Shown: positions 48,423 to 59,194, counted from the first letter of the whole stretch. The stretch: 62,738 bases of DNA, filler included, from Nanobdellota archaeon (GCA_051819665.1; 8 parts of 8 records of this genome joined end to end with filler, not necessarily neighbours in it), one strand, 5' to 3'. Made by a program: numbers and translations. The notes: generated from the letters alone by a model not told the origin.

Positions 48423-48652
48423 TCAGGCGAGCTGTTTCCCTATGGACTCTATGGATTCCTTCACACCCGTGACAGGATCCCAGTCTATGACCCTTCCGGA
48501 TACAGTCCCGCCTGTATAGTTGATCCTGGCCCTCACATCATACTTATGCCTGGGCATCTCTTTTATGTGTATTTCGACATCGTATTCTTTGTCTATGTGA
48601 TGGGAAAGCTTATCCGCCGTCCTGACAGCGGTCCTGTATAACCTGTCTTTGG
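48423..48652 (-). CDS. C-terminal HPF/RaiA-like domain, 5'-truncated; absent from the ORF track
   Basis: Translation KDRLYRTAVRTADKLSHHIDKEYDVEIHIKEMPRHKYDVRARINYTGGTVSGRVIDWDPVTGVKESIESIGKQLA*. Confidence 0.55.
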
Positions 48653-48752
48653 NNNNNNNNNNNNNNNNNNNNNNNNNNNNNNNNNNNNNNNNNNNNTTAA
48701 TTAATTAANNNNNNNNNNNNNNNNNNNNNNNNNNNNNNNNNNNNNNNNNNNN
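48653..48752. other. Artificial contig spacer
   Basis: N/TTAATTAATTAA/N. Confidence 0.99.
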
Positions 48753-48876
48753 TACTATCATGCTGCACAAGGCAGCATACAGGACCCATATATGTTTTAA
48801 ATCTAGAAGAAGAACGAAGTTCCCATTGTTTTAGTCGAGTTTTTCTAAAAAACTCGTGAGGATCCTCTCCCCGCTA
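48753..48876 (+). repeat. Hairpin repeat element ending in a tRNA(iMet)-like 3' fragment
   Basis: ATGCTGC-acaag-GCAGCAT (inverted relative of the 87-bp unit hairpin), CGAGTTTTT-cta-AAAAACTCG hairpin, then ATCCTCTCCCCGCTA. Confidence 0.65.
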
Positions 48877-49135
48877 TTTCTTTACAAAATACTGAATTTT
48901 TTCTATCATTCTGAACGTAGTTCCCATTGATATGATTTGAGCCCTCTTGACTCCTTTAGGAAGATTTATTTGGAGGGATTTCAGAGGTAGATTTTCTGGA
49001 TCATGATATGTTTTTCCGGGCTGAAGTTTTTAATCAGGATTATTTTCCTTCATGCAGGAAGTATTTCTTTTTTATCGGAATATTTCTGTTGTTATTGCCC
49101 AAAGCCTTATTATCTGTTATTCATATTCTTTGGAC

Positions 49136-49630
49136 ATGATACTCAACCTGAAGAGGGATACGCCTAAAAGATTCGTTTTGTTCGAGGATCTTGCCAAGGT
49201 TCTGGTGAAAAGAGAAAGGGGAAATAATTTTATCTTCGTGACTAGGTTGTCCGGAAGCCTTGATGTACTTATCTGGAAGTATGATCTTGATATCTCTGGT
49301 CTGGAAAATGATCTGGTGGACAGATTGAGAAAAAAATTCACATCTCCTGATATTATTGAATTTGTTGTTGATGAGAACAGGAAAGTGAAAGACCTGTTGT
49401 TCTACGAGGTCAAGACCAAATCAAACAGGAATCATCGTGGTTATGATATGTGTGTCAGTTCTTATGATTTCTATGAAGAGATGCAGAGCAGAGGGTTTGT
49501 CTGTAAACTGGTATCCTTTGTTCTTTTCGAGGACTGGAGATATTCGTTCAATGTCCATGGCCTTGACTTGTCCAAGATGAGGAGATATTCAAGAGCTGAC
49601 GGTTACTGCCCGAAACAGTTAAATATCTGA
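49136..49630 (+). CDS. PD-(D/E)XK nuclease-like protein
   Basis: SPDIIEF...FYEVKTK. Confidence 0.55.
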   Translation: MILNLKRDTPKRFVLFEDLAKVLVKRERGNNFIFVTRLSGSLDVLIWKYDLDISGLENDLVDRLRKKFTSPDIIEFVVDENRKVKDLLFYEVKTKSNRNHRGYDMCVSSYDFYEEMQSRGFVCKLVSFVLFEDWRYSFNVHGLDLSKMRRYSRADGYCPKQLNI

Positions 49631-49647
49631 GATGGTTCTCTGCGGGT

Positions 49648-50493
49648 ATGAGAAAGAAGAGCTTCATCCTCGTATTCATCATTGTATCCATCTTTGCGAT
49701 TTTTCTCAGCGGCTGCTCTGATCCAGAGGAGCAGGACAAACCTCTTGCTCTAGTGAGCATCCTTCCCCAGGAAGAGTTCGTGGAAGCGGTGGCCGGGGAT
49801 GAGGTGGAAGTGCATTCGATAATACCTCCAGGTTCAAGTCCTACAACATACAACCCGAAGCCGAGTGATATGGTGAAGGTAGAGGAAGCGGATGTGTTCT
49901 TCAGAATCGGCCATGTGCCTTTCGAGAAAGCTAACATAGAAAAACTCAGATCTGTAAATGAAAAGATGAGGATAGTGGACACTTCAGAAGGTATCCCTCT
50001 GAGAGAGAAAGATGGTAATGTGGATCCCCATATATGGCTCTCCCCGAAGCTTGTGAAGGAACAGGTCAATACAATCTATGAAACTCTGGCTGAGATGCAT
50101 CCTGAAAAAAGGGAGTTCTATAAGAGGAACAAGGAAGATTATATAGATAGGCTTGATGAGCTTCACGAGAACATAAGCTCTTCCCTGGATGGGGGCAAGC
50201 TTTTAGTGTTCCATCCCTCCTGGGGTTATTTCGCAGATGAATACGGGCTTGAGCAGATAGCTATAGAGAAGGAAGGTAACGAGCCCACAGTGAAAGGTCT
50301 TAAGAACATCATCGATGAGGCAGAAGAGAAGGACATAAAAGCTGTATTCGTGCAGGAGCAGTTCAATGAGGATATAGCAAAATCAGTGGCAGAAGAGACA
50401 GGTGCAAAGATAATCTCTGTAGATCCTTTAGCGAGGGATTACGTGGAGAACCTGAGGAAGGTAACAGAGAAGATGGAACAAAACATTAATTAA
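49648..50493 (+). CDS. znuA: Zn/Mn ABC transporter substrate-binding lipoprotein
   Basis: Lipobox LSGC, DPHIWLSP, FHPSWGYFA. Confidence 0.92.
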   Translation: MRKKSFILVFIIVSIFAIFLSGCSDPEEQDKPLALVSILPQEEFVEAVAGDEVEVHSIIPPGSSPTTYNPKPSDMVKVEEADVFFRIGHVPFEKANIEKLRSVNEKMRIVDTSEGIPLREKDGNVDPHIWLSPKLVKEQVNTIYETLAEMHPEKREFYKRNKEDYIDRLDELHENISSSLDGGKLLVFHPSWGYFADEYGLEQIAIEKEGNEPTVKGLKNIIDEAEEKDIKAVFVQEQFNEDIAKSVAEETGAKIISVDPLARDYVENLRKVTEKMEQNIN

Positions 50494-50515
50494 TCTTTAG
50501 TCCTTACTCATTCTT

Positions 50516-51211
50516 ATGGAAATAATATCCCTTGAGGACGTAGCTTTCAGTTACGGAAGGAACGAGCTTTTCAAAGGCGTTAACCTCAAGGTGAAGAATG
50601 GCGAATTCCTGGGTCTTGTGGGTCCTAACGGCGGTGGTAAGACAACCCTCGTCAAGATAATCATGGGTCTCCTCAGGCCGACAAAGGGCAAGGTGAGGGT
50701 CAAAGGCCTTCCTCCTGAAAAAGGCAGAAGGCATCTCGGTTACATCTCCCAATATGAGATGATCGATTTCGATTATCCTATCACTGTCTATGAGGTCGTC
50801 ATAATGGCGAGGCAGAAGGGCCTCATCCATAGATTCTCCAGGAACGATCACCGCCTTGCTAAAGATTCTCTGAGGAAAGTGGGTCTCCTCGAGCTGAAAA
50901 ACAGAAATATCAATGAGCTTTCAGGAGGGGAGAAGCAGAGGGTCTTCGTTGCAAGGGCATTGGCGACACGGCCTGCTGCTCTTGTGATGGATGAGCCCAT
51001 GGCCAATGTGGATATAAAGATCCAGGAGGATTTCTATAAGCTGATGAAGAAGCTGAGCAAAGATATGGCAGTGGTCATCGTGGAGCATAACCTTGAAGTG
51101 CTTGCGGAGTATGTCGACAGGGTAGCCTGTGTCAATAAATGCTCCTATCACGGCCTTAAGGGACATGATATGAACTCCATGAAGAAGATAAAGGACATGA
51201 AGGAATTATGA
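50516..51211 (+). CDS. znuC: Zn/Mn ABC transporter ATPase
   Basis: GPNGGGKTT, LSGGEKQRV, MDEP. Confidence 0.92.
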   Translation: MEIISLEDVAFSYGRNELFKGVNLKVKNGEFLGLVGPNGGGKTTLVKIIMGLLRPTKGKVRVKGLPPEKGRRHLGYISQYEMIDFDYPITVYEVVIMARQKGLIHRFSRNDHRLAKDSLRKVGLLELKNRNINELSGGEKQRVFVARALATRPAALVMDEPMANVDIKIQEDFYKLMKKLSKDMAVVIVEHNLEVLAEYVDRVACVNKCSYHGLKGHDMNSMKKIKDMKEL

Positions 51212-51999
51212 TATACCAGTTTTTACAGAATGCAGGACTAGTAGCAGTTCTTGCCTCAATAGCCGCCGGCATAATCGGGACTTATATTGTTGTGAAGAGG
51301 ATGTCCCTCATAACTGGCAGTATAGCACATACTTCATTCGGCGGCCTCGGTCTTGCCTATTACCTCGGTTTCAATCCACTCTATGGGGCTACTTTGTTCA
51401 GCGTGGCTGCCTCTTTCATCATAACCTATGTCAGGAAGAAAGCCAGAGAGAGGCTTGATACCCTTCTGAGTGCAATATGGGCTTTCGGTATGGCTGTAGG
51501 GCTTATCTTCATATTCATGACTCCGGGTTATTCTTCTAATCTGTTCACTTATCTTTTCGGTAATATACTGATGGTGGGCACTTCAGAGCTTTGGCTCATA
51601 CTTGTCCTGGATATAGTCCTCATCGGTGCTGTTGTGCTGTTCTATAATTCCTTCAAGGCAGTGACCTTCGATGAGGAATTCGCCAGAGTAAGGAATCTGC
51701 CGGTGAATCTGATATACCTTCTTCTCTTCATCCTCATAGCACTCTCAGTGGTTATGCTCATAAGGATCGTTGGTATAATACTGATGATAGCTCTCCTGAC
51801 GATACCGGCAGCAACCTCGCATCTGTTCTCGGGTAAGTTAAGGCCCATGATGATCTGGTCCTCTCTCATATCTTTAGTCTCGATACTCTCGGGCCTTTTC
51901 GTGTCTTACTTCTTCGATCTTCCGACAGGACCGGTGATAATACTCGCTGTAACGATAATATACATAGCAGGGATGGTGATAAAAAGTGCTAGAAACTGA
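51208..51999 (+). CDS. znuB: Zn/Mn ABC transporter permease
   Basis: SIAHTSFGG, YLFGNIL, TFDEEFA, LPTGPVII. Confidence 0.92.
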   Translation: MIYQFLQNAGLVAVLASIAAGIIGTYIVVKRMSLITGSIAHTSFGGLGLAYYLGFNPLYGATLFSVAASFIITYVRKKARERLDTLLSAIWAFGMAVGLIFIFMTPGYSSNLFTYLFGNILMVGTSELWLILVLDIVLIGAVVLFYNSFKAVTFDEEFARVRNLPVNLIYLLLFILIALSVVMLIRIVGIILMIALLTIPAATSHLFSGKLRPMMIWSSLISLVSILSGLFVSYFFDLPTGPVIILAVTIIYIAGMVIKSARN

Positions 52000-52672
52000 T
52001 CTTCATATACATACAGTATTGTGCGGGCATGCTTACGGGACCCTTAATGAGATAATCAATGAAGCTAAGAGGAAGAACCTCAGCATCATAGGCATAAATG
52101 AGCATGGTCCTGCTACCGGCACAGAGATCCCTCATTTCACCCTCGGTCACAGGAAGCCCGAAGTGGAAGGCCTTAAGATATTATGGGGTGCCGAAGCGAA
52201 TATAATAGATAAGGAAGGTAATCTTGATATACCTGAGAATATACAGGCACAGCTTGATTATGTTTCTGCAGGTTTTCATCTATTTACCGGTTATGAGGAC
52301 CAGGGATTTGAAAAGAATACAGAAGCCCTCATCAGGGTTATAGAGAATCCTAATGTCAAGTTCATAACACACCCGACACATCAAAGTTATCCTTTTGATC
52401 TCAGTAAAGTCTGTGAGAAAGCCATAGAGAACAATGTACTTCTGGAGCTTAACCTGTCTTATCTTGATAGGGACAGGCCAGAGGATTTCAGGTTGGTAGT
52501 GGATCTTGTCAGGAAGAAGGGCAAGAAACTGATTGTCAACAGTGATGCTCATTTCCTCCATGAGATAGGTGATGATTCTAAGCTCAGGGAAAGATGGGAT
52601 GAACTCGGGTTGTCGGAGGACCTGATCATAAACAATCATCCGGAAGAGCTTAAGAGATTCTTTGCTATATAG
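51986..52672 (+). CDS. PHP-domain phosphatase (YcdX-like)
   Basis: DLHIHT...HAYGT, NEHGP, GAEANI, GFH, THP, NSDAH. Confidence 0.9.
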   Translation: MLETDLHIHTVLCGHAYGTLNEIINEAKRKNLSIIGINEHGPATGTEIPHFTLGHRKPEVEGLKILWGAEANIIDKEGNLDIPENIQAQLDYVSAGFHLFTGYEDQGFEKNTEALIRVIENPNVKFITHPTHQSYPFDLSKVCEKAIENNVLLELNLSYLDRDRPEDFRLVVDLVRKKGKKLIVNSDAHFLHEIGDDSKLRERWDELGLSEDLIINNHPEELKRFFAI

Positions 52673-52717
52673 TGTATATAGTTAAAATTAATATAATATT
52701 TACATTCTTTCCAGTAT

Positions 52718-53194
52718 ATGGTGATAGAGGATAAGATAAGGGGAGAGGGGGACATAAAAGATAAGAACGAGAAAGAAACATATGCGAATACCGCTTACCA
52801 ATTCTTTGTGGAGGCTCAGGCTCTTCCTGATGTGTTTTATGAGAATAAGCTGGGCAGGAAAGGTTATAATAAGGCTAAGAAGAATATCGGTATGAATGGT
52901 CATTCTCCTCTGGAGAAACCGAGTGTATCTGTTATGGGCAATAAGGTCTCTGTGGAGTATGGTTCATCGATGGTTGACCTTCTTGATGATGTGGCGGGAA
53001 CTGATTTCTACAAGGAGGAGATAATCCCGCAGGCCCAGGAGATGATGAAGAAGACAGGGATAGACCATCTTGAGCTCAAGTACAGGGGAAATAAAGACAC
53101 TTTATTGTTGAGCCCTGATGCGCAGGGAGGCGAGGTAACTCATCTTTTCACTCCTGCTATATATAATGATGCTAATAAGGCCAATTATAATTGA
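52718..53194 (+). CDS. Hypothetical protein
   Basis: 158-aa ORF with an AT-rich promoter upstream. Confidence 0.6.
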   Translation: MVIEDKIRGEGDIKDKNEKETYANTAYQFFVEAQALPDVFYENKLGRKGYNKAKKNIGMNGHSPLEKPSVSVMGNKVSVEYGSSMVDLLDDVAGTDFYKEEIIPQAQEMMKKTGIDHLELKYRGNKDTLLLSPDAQGGEVTHLFTPAIYNDANKANYN

Positions 53195-53248
53195 TATACC
53201 CAATACTGATTTTTCCAATAGTTATTTAAACTAAATTCTCTCACTCAT

Positions 53249-53896
53249 ATGGATATGTTCGCAGGAATAGATGAGGCAGGAAGAGGGCCGGTCATAGGGC
53301 CGATGGTCATGGCGGTTGTTGCAGTTGATGATGATTCTGAACTTGTAAAGCTCGGCGTGAAGGATTCTAAGCTTCTAAGCCCGAAGAAAAGGGAGATGAT
53401 GTTCGAGCGTATAAAGTCTATAGCGAAAGATTACAGGATCCTGAAGATAACACCTAAGCAGATAGATGAGGCATTGACTTCTCCTGCATTGAACCTTAAC
53501 AAGCTTGAAGCGCTTACTTCCGCAAAACTGCTTAATGAAGTAAAAGCAGATAAGGCTATACTTGATTGCCCGAGCAGCAGTTCATCGGCTTTCGTGAGGG
53601 ATGTGAGGGAGTATCTGGAATATGAGCCCGAGATCGTCTCGGAGCATAAGGCTGACCTGAATCATCCGGTGGTTGCTGCGGCTTCCATACTCGCCAAGGT
53701 AACAAGGGACAGGGAGATCGAGGCATTGAAGAAGAAGACAGGTCATGATTTCGGGAGCGGTTATCCTGCTGATCCCAAGACAAGGAGCTTCCTTGTTAAG
53801 AATTACAATAAGTATGATATATTCAGGAAGAGCTGGTCAAGTTATAAGAAAGTCGCTTCGGCTAGGAAACAGGGCAGATTAGGAAAGTTTAAATAA
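53249..53896 (+). CDS. rnhB: Ribonuclease HII
   Basis: GIDEAGRGPVIGPM, VKDSK, HKAD, AAASILAKV, GSGYPADP. Confidence 0.97.
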   Translation: MDMFAGIDEAGRGPVIGPMVMAVVAVDDDSELVKLGVKDSKLLSPKKREMMFERIKSIAKDYRILKITPKQIDEALTSPALNLNKLEALTSAKLLNEVKADKAILDCPSSSSSAFVRDVREYLEYEPEIVSEHKADLNHPVVAAASILAKVTRDREIEALKKKTGHDFGSGYPADPKTRSFLVKNYNKYDIFRKSWSSYKKVASARKQGRLGKFK

Positions 53897-53918
53897 TTCC
53901 TTTCAGATAGGGGAGATT

Positions 53919-54275
53919 ATGGCAGAGATACCGGGCAAGGTTTTTGTGATAATAGGATTGATAGTTACCGTAAGTTCTTATTTCCTTAATAATATGAGAG
54001 AGACTTCTTTTCTGATTTTTATAATAATAGGTGCCCTGATGTTCATCTATGGTCTCTTTAAGCTTTTCATGAGGAAGGATAAAGATGAAACAGGGAGTAC
54101 TGGACATAAGAGACCGGCAGGCCAGGGTAACAGGTCGGTAAGTCAGGCTTATCAGCATCCACATGAGCATCACAGGACAGAGCATGATAAGGTGATGAAT
54201 TTTTGTCCCGGCTGCGGTCATAAGGTTCCTCCCGGAAGCAGATTCTGTCCTTCATGCGGTATAAGGCTGGCATGA
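53919..54275 (+). CDS. Membrane protein with C-terminal zinc ribbon
   Basis: Two TM helices; FCPGCG...FCPSCG. Confidence 0.8.
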   Translation: MAEIPGKVFVIIGLIVTVSSYFLNNMRETSFLIFIIIGALMFIYGLFKLFMRKDKDETGSTGHKRPAGQGNRSVSQAYQHPHEHHRTEHDKVMNFCPGCGHKVPPGSRFCPSCGIRLA

Positions 54276-54318
54276 ACTTTAAGCAATATTTTTAAACCTC
54301 AGATGTTCACCCTATAAG

Positions 54319-54711
54319 ATGAAGTTCGAATATCTTGATCATACGGCCGATGTCATGTTCAGGGCCTATGGGAAAAGTCTTGAGGAGAAGTTCGCGAATG
54401 CGGTGCTTGCCTTCACTAATATAATGGCAGATGTTGAGAAGGTTGAGAAGAGAGTGAAGAGAGTCTGCGAGGTAGAGGCTAAGGATGATAAATCGAAGCT
54501 CTTCGATCTTGTGGACGAGTTGATATTCTTCCTTGATACGGAAGGGTTATTGTTTTCAGAGGCGAGGATAACCATTGAAGGTAATAACCTGAGGGCGGAG
54601 CTCTTTGGTGATGATTGTAATAATTACAGGCTTAACGGGGATGTGAAAGCACCGACCTATAATTATATGGAGATAAACGATGAATATTTGCAGATGGTGG
54701 TTGATATATGA
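54319..54711 (+). CDS. Archease
   Basis: FEYLDHTADV, VKAPTY, VVDI; ATGA overlap with rtcB. Confidence 0.95.
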   Translation: MKFEYLDHTADVMFRAYGKSLEEKFANAVLAFTNIMADVEKVEKRVKRVCEVEAKDDKSKLFDLVDELIFFLDTEGLLFSEARITIEGNNLRAELFGDDCNNYRLNGDVKAPTYNYMEINDEYLQMVVDI

Positions 54712-55942
54712 AACTCAGAAAAACAGGAGAAGCGAAATATGTATATGATAAGGAAGGCAATATGAACACTGATGCAGTCTTTTTCCTTAACGATAAACTA
54801 CTTGGTCTTGTAGAGGATAAGGCAGTGGAGCAGGCGAAGAATGTTGCATGCCTGCCGGGGATAAAGGGCCAGTCGATAGCCATGAGCGATATGCATATGG
54901 GTTATGGTTTTCCTATAGGTGGTGTTGCGGCTTTCGACAAGGAAGAGGGTTGTATAACTCCGGGAGGAATAGGTTTTGATATCAACTGCGGTGTCAGGCT
55001 CCTTAAGACTAACCTGAAGTATGATGATATCAAGGATGATGTGAGGAAACTTGTCCTTAAGCTCTTTGAGAAAATTCCCTGCGGAGTAGGCAGAGGCTCG
55101 GACCTTAACCTTTCGATGGATGATATGGATGAAGTGCTTGTCCAGGGCTCTTCATGGGCATTGAGCCAGGGTTTTGGTGTGGAGGATGATCTTAAGTTCT
55201 GTGAATCTGGAGGGGAGATGAAAGGTGCTGATCCTGATAATGTAAGTCATAAGGCGAAAGCGAGAGGAAAGAAACAGCTTGGAACTTTAGGTGCAGGCAA
55301 TCATTTCCTCGAGATACAGGAGGTCATGGAAACAGATAATAAATTCGGTCTGGAGAAAGGACAGATCGTCCTGATGATACATTGCGGAAGCAGGGGCCTC
55401 GGTCATCAGGTCTGCTCGGATTATCTCAGGAGGATGGAAGACGCTTTCCCTGAGCTCATAAAGGCTCTCCCTGAGAAGGATCTTGTCTATGCTCCCATCA
55501 GCTCAGATATAGCGAAGGAGTATTATTCTGCGATGAAAGCGGCCGCTAATTTCGCATGGGCGAACAGGCACGTCATAGCTTCGAAGGTGAGAGAGGCAGT
55601 GTGTGAGTTGTATCCGGAGGCAAAGCTGGATCTTGTCTATGATGTCGCGCATAATATAGCAAAGCTCGAGGAGCATACCCTGGATGGAGAGAAGGAAGAA
55701 GTATATGTCCACAGGAAAGGTGCTACGAGGGCTTTCCCTCCGGGTCATCCTGAATTGCCGGAGGATTACAGAGAGACGGGCCAGCCGGTCCTGCTTCCTG
55801 GAAGTATGGGAACTGCGTCTTATGTACTTGTCGGTACTGAGAAAGCTATGCAGGAATGTTTCGGCAGCTCTGCTCATGGTGCTGGCAGGGTTATGTCGAG
55901 GGCGAAGGCAAAGAGAGAGTTCAAGGCGGATTCTGTCAGGAA
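54708..55942 (+). CDS. rtcB: RNA ligase RtcB, 3'-truncated
   Basis: DMHMGYGFPIGG, GFDINCGVR, GAGNHF, HCGSRGLG, HNIA, HRKGAT, PGSMG, HGAGR. Confidence 0.97.
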
Positions 55943-56042
55943 NNNNNNNNNNNNNNNNNNNNNNNNNNNNNNNNNNNNNNNNNNNNTTAATTAATTAANN
56001 NNNNNNNNNNNNNNNNNNNNNNNNNNNNNNNNNNNNNNNNNN
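55943..56042. other. Artificial contig spacer
   Basis: N/TTAATTAATTAA/N. Confidence 0.99.
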
Positions 56043-57244
56043 GCAGGCTCACCGAAGGTAGCCATGAACCTTCTCACAATGAGATCATAGACCTTGAACC
56101 TCTTCCCCTCTACTTTCGCTAAGGCCCCTGTAGGGTATATGGCAGGGTGAGCAGGATCATCCTTCTTGCCGTTATTGGGCTTGAGCTTCCCGCCCATGAG
56201 CTTATCGGCAAGCTTCTTATACTTCTCATCCTTTGACAGGGCCTTGAGTATGTTCCTGAAACCCAGCTTCTCCGAGAGCTTCTGGGAAGATGTCCTAGGA
56301 TACGAGATGACTCCGGAGGTATAAAGCTCCTGGGCTATCTGGAGGGTCTCTTTAGGACTTATGCCGAGGCATTTATAACTCTCTGTCTGAAGGGTCGTGA
56401 GATCGAAAGGTGTAGGAGGTGCCTGTTTGAAGTCTCTCTTATTGACATCATCAACTTTAGCGTTCCTGCCTTTCGTCCTCTCAACAATCTTATTGGCATC
56501 CTCCTCATTCCAGATCTTATCCGAGGAATGCCAGGCCTCTATATCATTTGAGTTTAGTTTACCATCCAATTCGATCTGCCAGAAAGGCTCAGGTTTGAAA
56601 TTGTTTATCTCTTTCTCTCTCTCGGCAAGTATCTTGAGTGCAGGACCCTGGACCCTTCCTGAAGACATGATCTTGAAGCTGCCCGTGGCTTTTATCGAGG
56701 AGGTCAAAGCCCTGGAAAGATTGATACCGTAAAACCAGTCAAGCTCATGCCTCGTAAGACCCGCATTTGCCTGCCCCCAATCCAGATTGGACATCTTACC
56801 ATCATAAGAACCGGAAAGCTCATCCTTCGTCAATGTAGAGAATTTCATACGATAAGCATCCTGCTTACCGCATACATGCTTGACTATATTATAGCCTATC
56901 ACCTCACCCTCAACATCATAGTCTGTTGCAACAGTGAAAGAGTCAGCCTTCTTAGCTAACTTCTTGATCGTGGTAAGGTATTTTCTTGTATAGGCAGCAT
57001 CTTTTGAAGAATCAGCAGAAGGTATCCATTTTATATCAAATACAGGATACTCAAAACCTTTCTTCTCTACTTCTTCAACTGTATAGAGGTGGCCGACCGC
57101 CGAGGAGACTATGATATCCTGATTTCCCCTTGTTATCTCATAATAAGAGACCTTATTATTCGTTTTCTTGATGGGTTTTCCATCCGCAAGAGCATTCGCT
57201 ATCTTCTGTGCAGCTGCCGGCTTCTCGGTTATGATAAGTTCCAT
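56043..57244 (-). CDS. topA: DNA topoisomerase IA, 3'-truncated
   Basis: ITEKP, AVGHL, ATDYDVEGE, SSGRVQGP, active-site ISYPRT, AHPAIYPT. Confidence 0.97.
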
Positions 57245-57358
57245 TTTTAGGGCCGGGAATACAATTCGTTTATATATGTTACGGCAAAATTGTCCAAAGA
57301 ATCAGCACAGGCAGAATGCCAATGGAGATAAGATAATAACGGAACCAGAATCCAGGAA

Positions 57359-59194
57359 TCATATATTGGAGAACTGCTCTTTCAGGGATTTCTCATATTT
57401 TCTCTTGTTCTCTTCCCACTCCTTCTTCTCCTTGTTCAGTCTCTTCTCCCTCTCGATTATCTGTTGCATATCTTTCTCGAGCTTGTCTGCCTTCTCACCG
57501 ATCTTATTCCGCTGTTCTTCCAGTTTGTTCTTCTCCTTCTCGATCTCCTTACTCCTGGAAGCAAGCTTATCCTCTCTCGAGAGAAGCTCGTTCTCCTTTT
57601 CCTTGATATCCTGCTCTCTCTTATCAATCTCCTCGATCTTCTTCGAGATCTCGTTCTCCCTCTCTTCAAGATATTTTGAGCTGTTATCGAGCTCTTCCTT
57701 CTCTAAAGCTATCTCATTCCTGAGCTGGTTCAGTTCTTTCTTCTCCTCATCAAGTTTCTGATGCTCTTCCTCTATCTGTCTCTTCTTATCCTTGAGGATC
57801 TCAAACTGCTCAGTGAGCTTGTGCTGGACGTTCTTGATCTCCTCTTTCTCATCATCAACCTCTTTCTTCCTCGATTCAAGGGCCTTCTCCCTCTTATTGA
57901 GATCAACTTCCTTATCAGAAAGGTCTTTCTCATACCTCTTCAGGACCTCTTTCTCTCTCGAATTCTCCTCGGTTACGTTCTTAGCATGATCCCTTTCCTT
58001 CTCCGCCTCATGAAGCTTCGAGTTTATCTCTTTCTCCTTATCCTTAAGCTGCTGTCTTACCCTCTCTGTCTCCTCTTCCTTCTTTGCCAGTTCCTTCTCC
58101 CTTTCCCGGAACTCTTTCTCCTTATCACTGAGGATATTCTCATTCGATTTCAGATGCTGGAAAGAGACATCAAGCTTATCCCATGCCTTCTGAAGCTCAT
58201 CCTCTTTTTTCTCAAGCTCCTTGGAGTAATGCTCAATATGCCTCTCTCTCCTTTTAAGTTCATTCTCATGATCCCTGAGCCTCTGATATTTTTCCTTTAT
58301 CCTGTTCTCCTCATCCCTGTTCTTAGCTTTCGTCAGGGCCCTCTTATGCTCCAGGTCATGGATCTCCTTCTCTATCTCTTCCTTTCTCTTCTGCCAGCTC
58401 TCCGTCTCAGCTTTAAGCAGATTAGCCCTCTCATCGACCTTCTTCTCTTTCTCCTTTATCTTCCTGTCCTTATCATAAAGCTGCTGCTCGAGCCTCTCCA
58501 TCTGGTCGGATTTCCTTCGGATCTCCATTCCTGCCTTCTCGATATCATTCTCCCTTTCAGACAGCTTTGAACTCTCCCTCGTCAGCTCGTTCTCTTTCTC
58601 CTCTACAAGAGCGAGGTTATTCTTTATATTCTCGTCCTTCTTCTCGAGCTTCTCCCTTTCTTTCTCTACCTCTTCTTTCTCGAGCTGGATCTCGTATTCT
58701 CTCTTATCAAGAGTTTTCTTGTTCTTCTCGAGGAGAGCTATAAGATCGTTTATCTCATTAACCTTCTTCTCAAGCCTCTTCAGATAATCCTTATCATACT
58801 TAGTCTCTTCTTCCTTTTTCTCTTCCTTCTTTTTCCCGCTCTGCTTAGAACTCTTTTTCTTACTACTCTTACTGCTCTTTTTCCCGGTCTTCTTACCGGT
58901 TTTCTTACTGCTCTTCTTTGCGGCTTTCTTCTGCCTGCTGTCTATATTCTCCATCTCATTCTCGATATTATTGTGATAGATCTCCTTCTCTGCCTGCAGG
59001 AGCCTCTCAAGGGCATCCTCATCAACTTTCTCGAAACCCATGCCCCTCACTTTCTCGATGAGCTCAAGCCAGTCATCATGTTCCCATCTGCCTTCTTTCT
59101 TCCTTACAAAATCCTTGACAAGGCCTGTATCCTTAAGCTTCTGGAGAGGCCCTCTCCTGACAGAAGTATCAACCTGCTCTGAAAGTTCTTTCAA
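57359..59194 (-). CDS. Long coiled-coil protein with small N-terminal domain and Lys/Ser-rich linker
   Basis: About 470 aa of E/K/R heptads; no ATPase motif; start codon uncertain. Confidence 0.8.
   Translation of the reverse strand: MKELSEQVDTSVRRGPLQKLKDTGLVKDFVRKKEGRWEHDDWLELIEKVRGMGFEKVDEDALERLLQAEKEIYHNNIENEMENIDSRQKKAAKKSSKKTGKKTGKKSSKSSKKKSSKQSGKKKEEKKEEETKYDKDYLKRLEKKVNEINDLIALLEKNKKTLDKREYEIQLEKEEVEKEREKLEKKDENIKNNLALVEEKENELTRESSKLSERENDIEKAGMEIRRKSDQMERLEQQLYDKDRKIKEKEKKVDERANLLKAETESWQKRKEEIEKEIHDLEHKRALTKAKNRDEENRIKEKYQRLRDHENELKRRERHIEHYSKELEKKEDELQKAWDKLDVSFQHLKSNENILSDKEKEFREREKELAKKEEETERVRQQLKDKEKEINSKLHEAEKERDHAKNVTEENSREKEVLKRYEKDLSDKEVDLNKREKALESRKKEVDDEKEEIKNVQHKLTEQFEILKDKKRQIEEEHQKLDEEKKELNQLRNEIALEKEELDNSSKYLEERENEISKKIEEIDKREQDIKEKENELLSREDKLASRSKEIEKEKNKLEEQRNKIGEKADKLEKDMQQIIEREKRLNKEKKEWEENKRKYEKSLKEQFSNI

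Noticed and set aside
41296..48652. Classical integron with attC sites
   Set aside because: Modules face both ways, no RYYYAAC...GTTRRRY attC structure was recognised, and no IntI is on the contig
52660..52690. NrdR box in CTATATAGTGTATATAG
   Set aside because: Does not fit the 16-bp NrdR consensus spacing and no RNR gene is adjacent
8654..56042. Seven identical N-TTAATTAATTAA-N blocks as a biological repeat; gene neighbourhoods across them
   Set aside because: Artificial 100-nt linkers; the contigs are ordered by decreasing length, so cross-spacer adjacency is arbitrary
57359..59194. SMC/Rad50 ATPase
   Set aside because: No Walker A/B, signature motif, hinge or zinc hook
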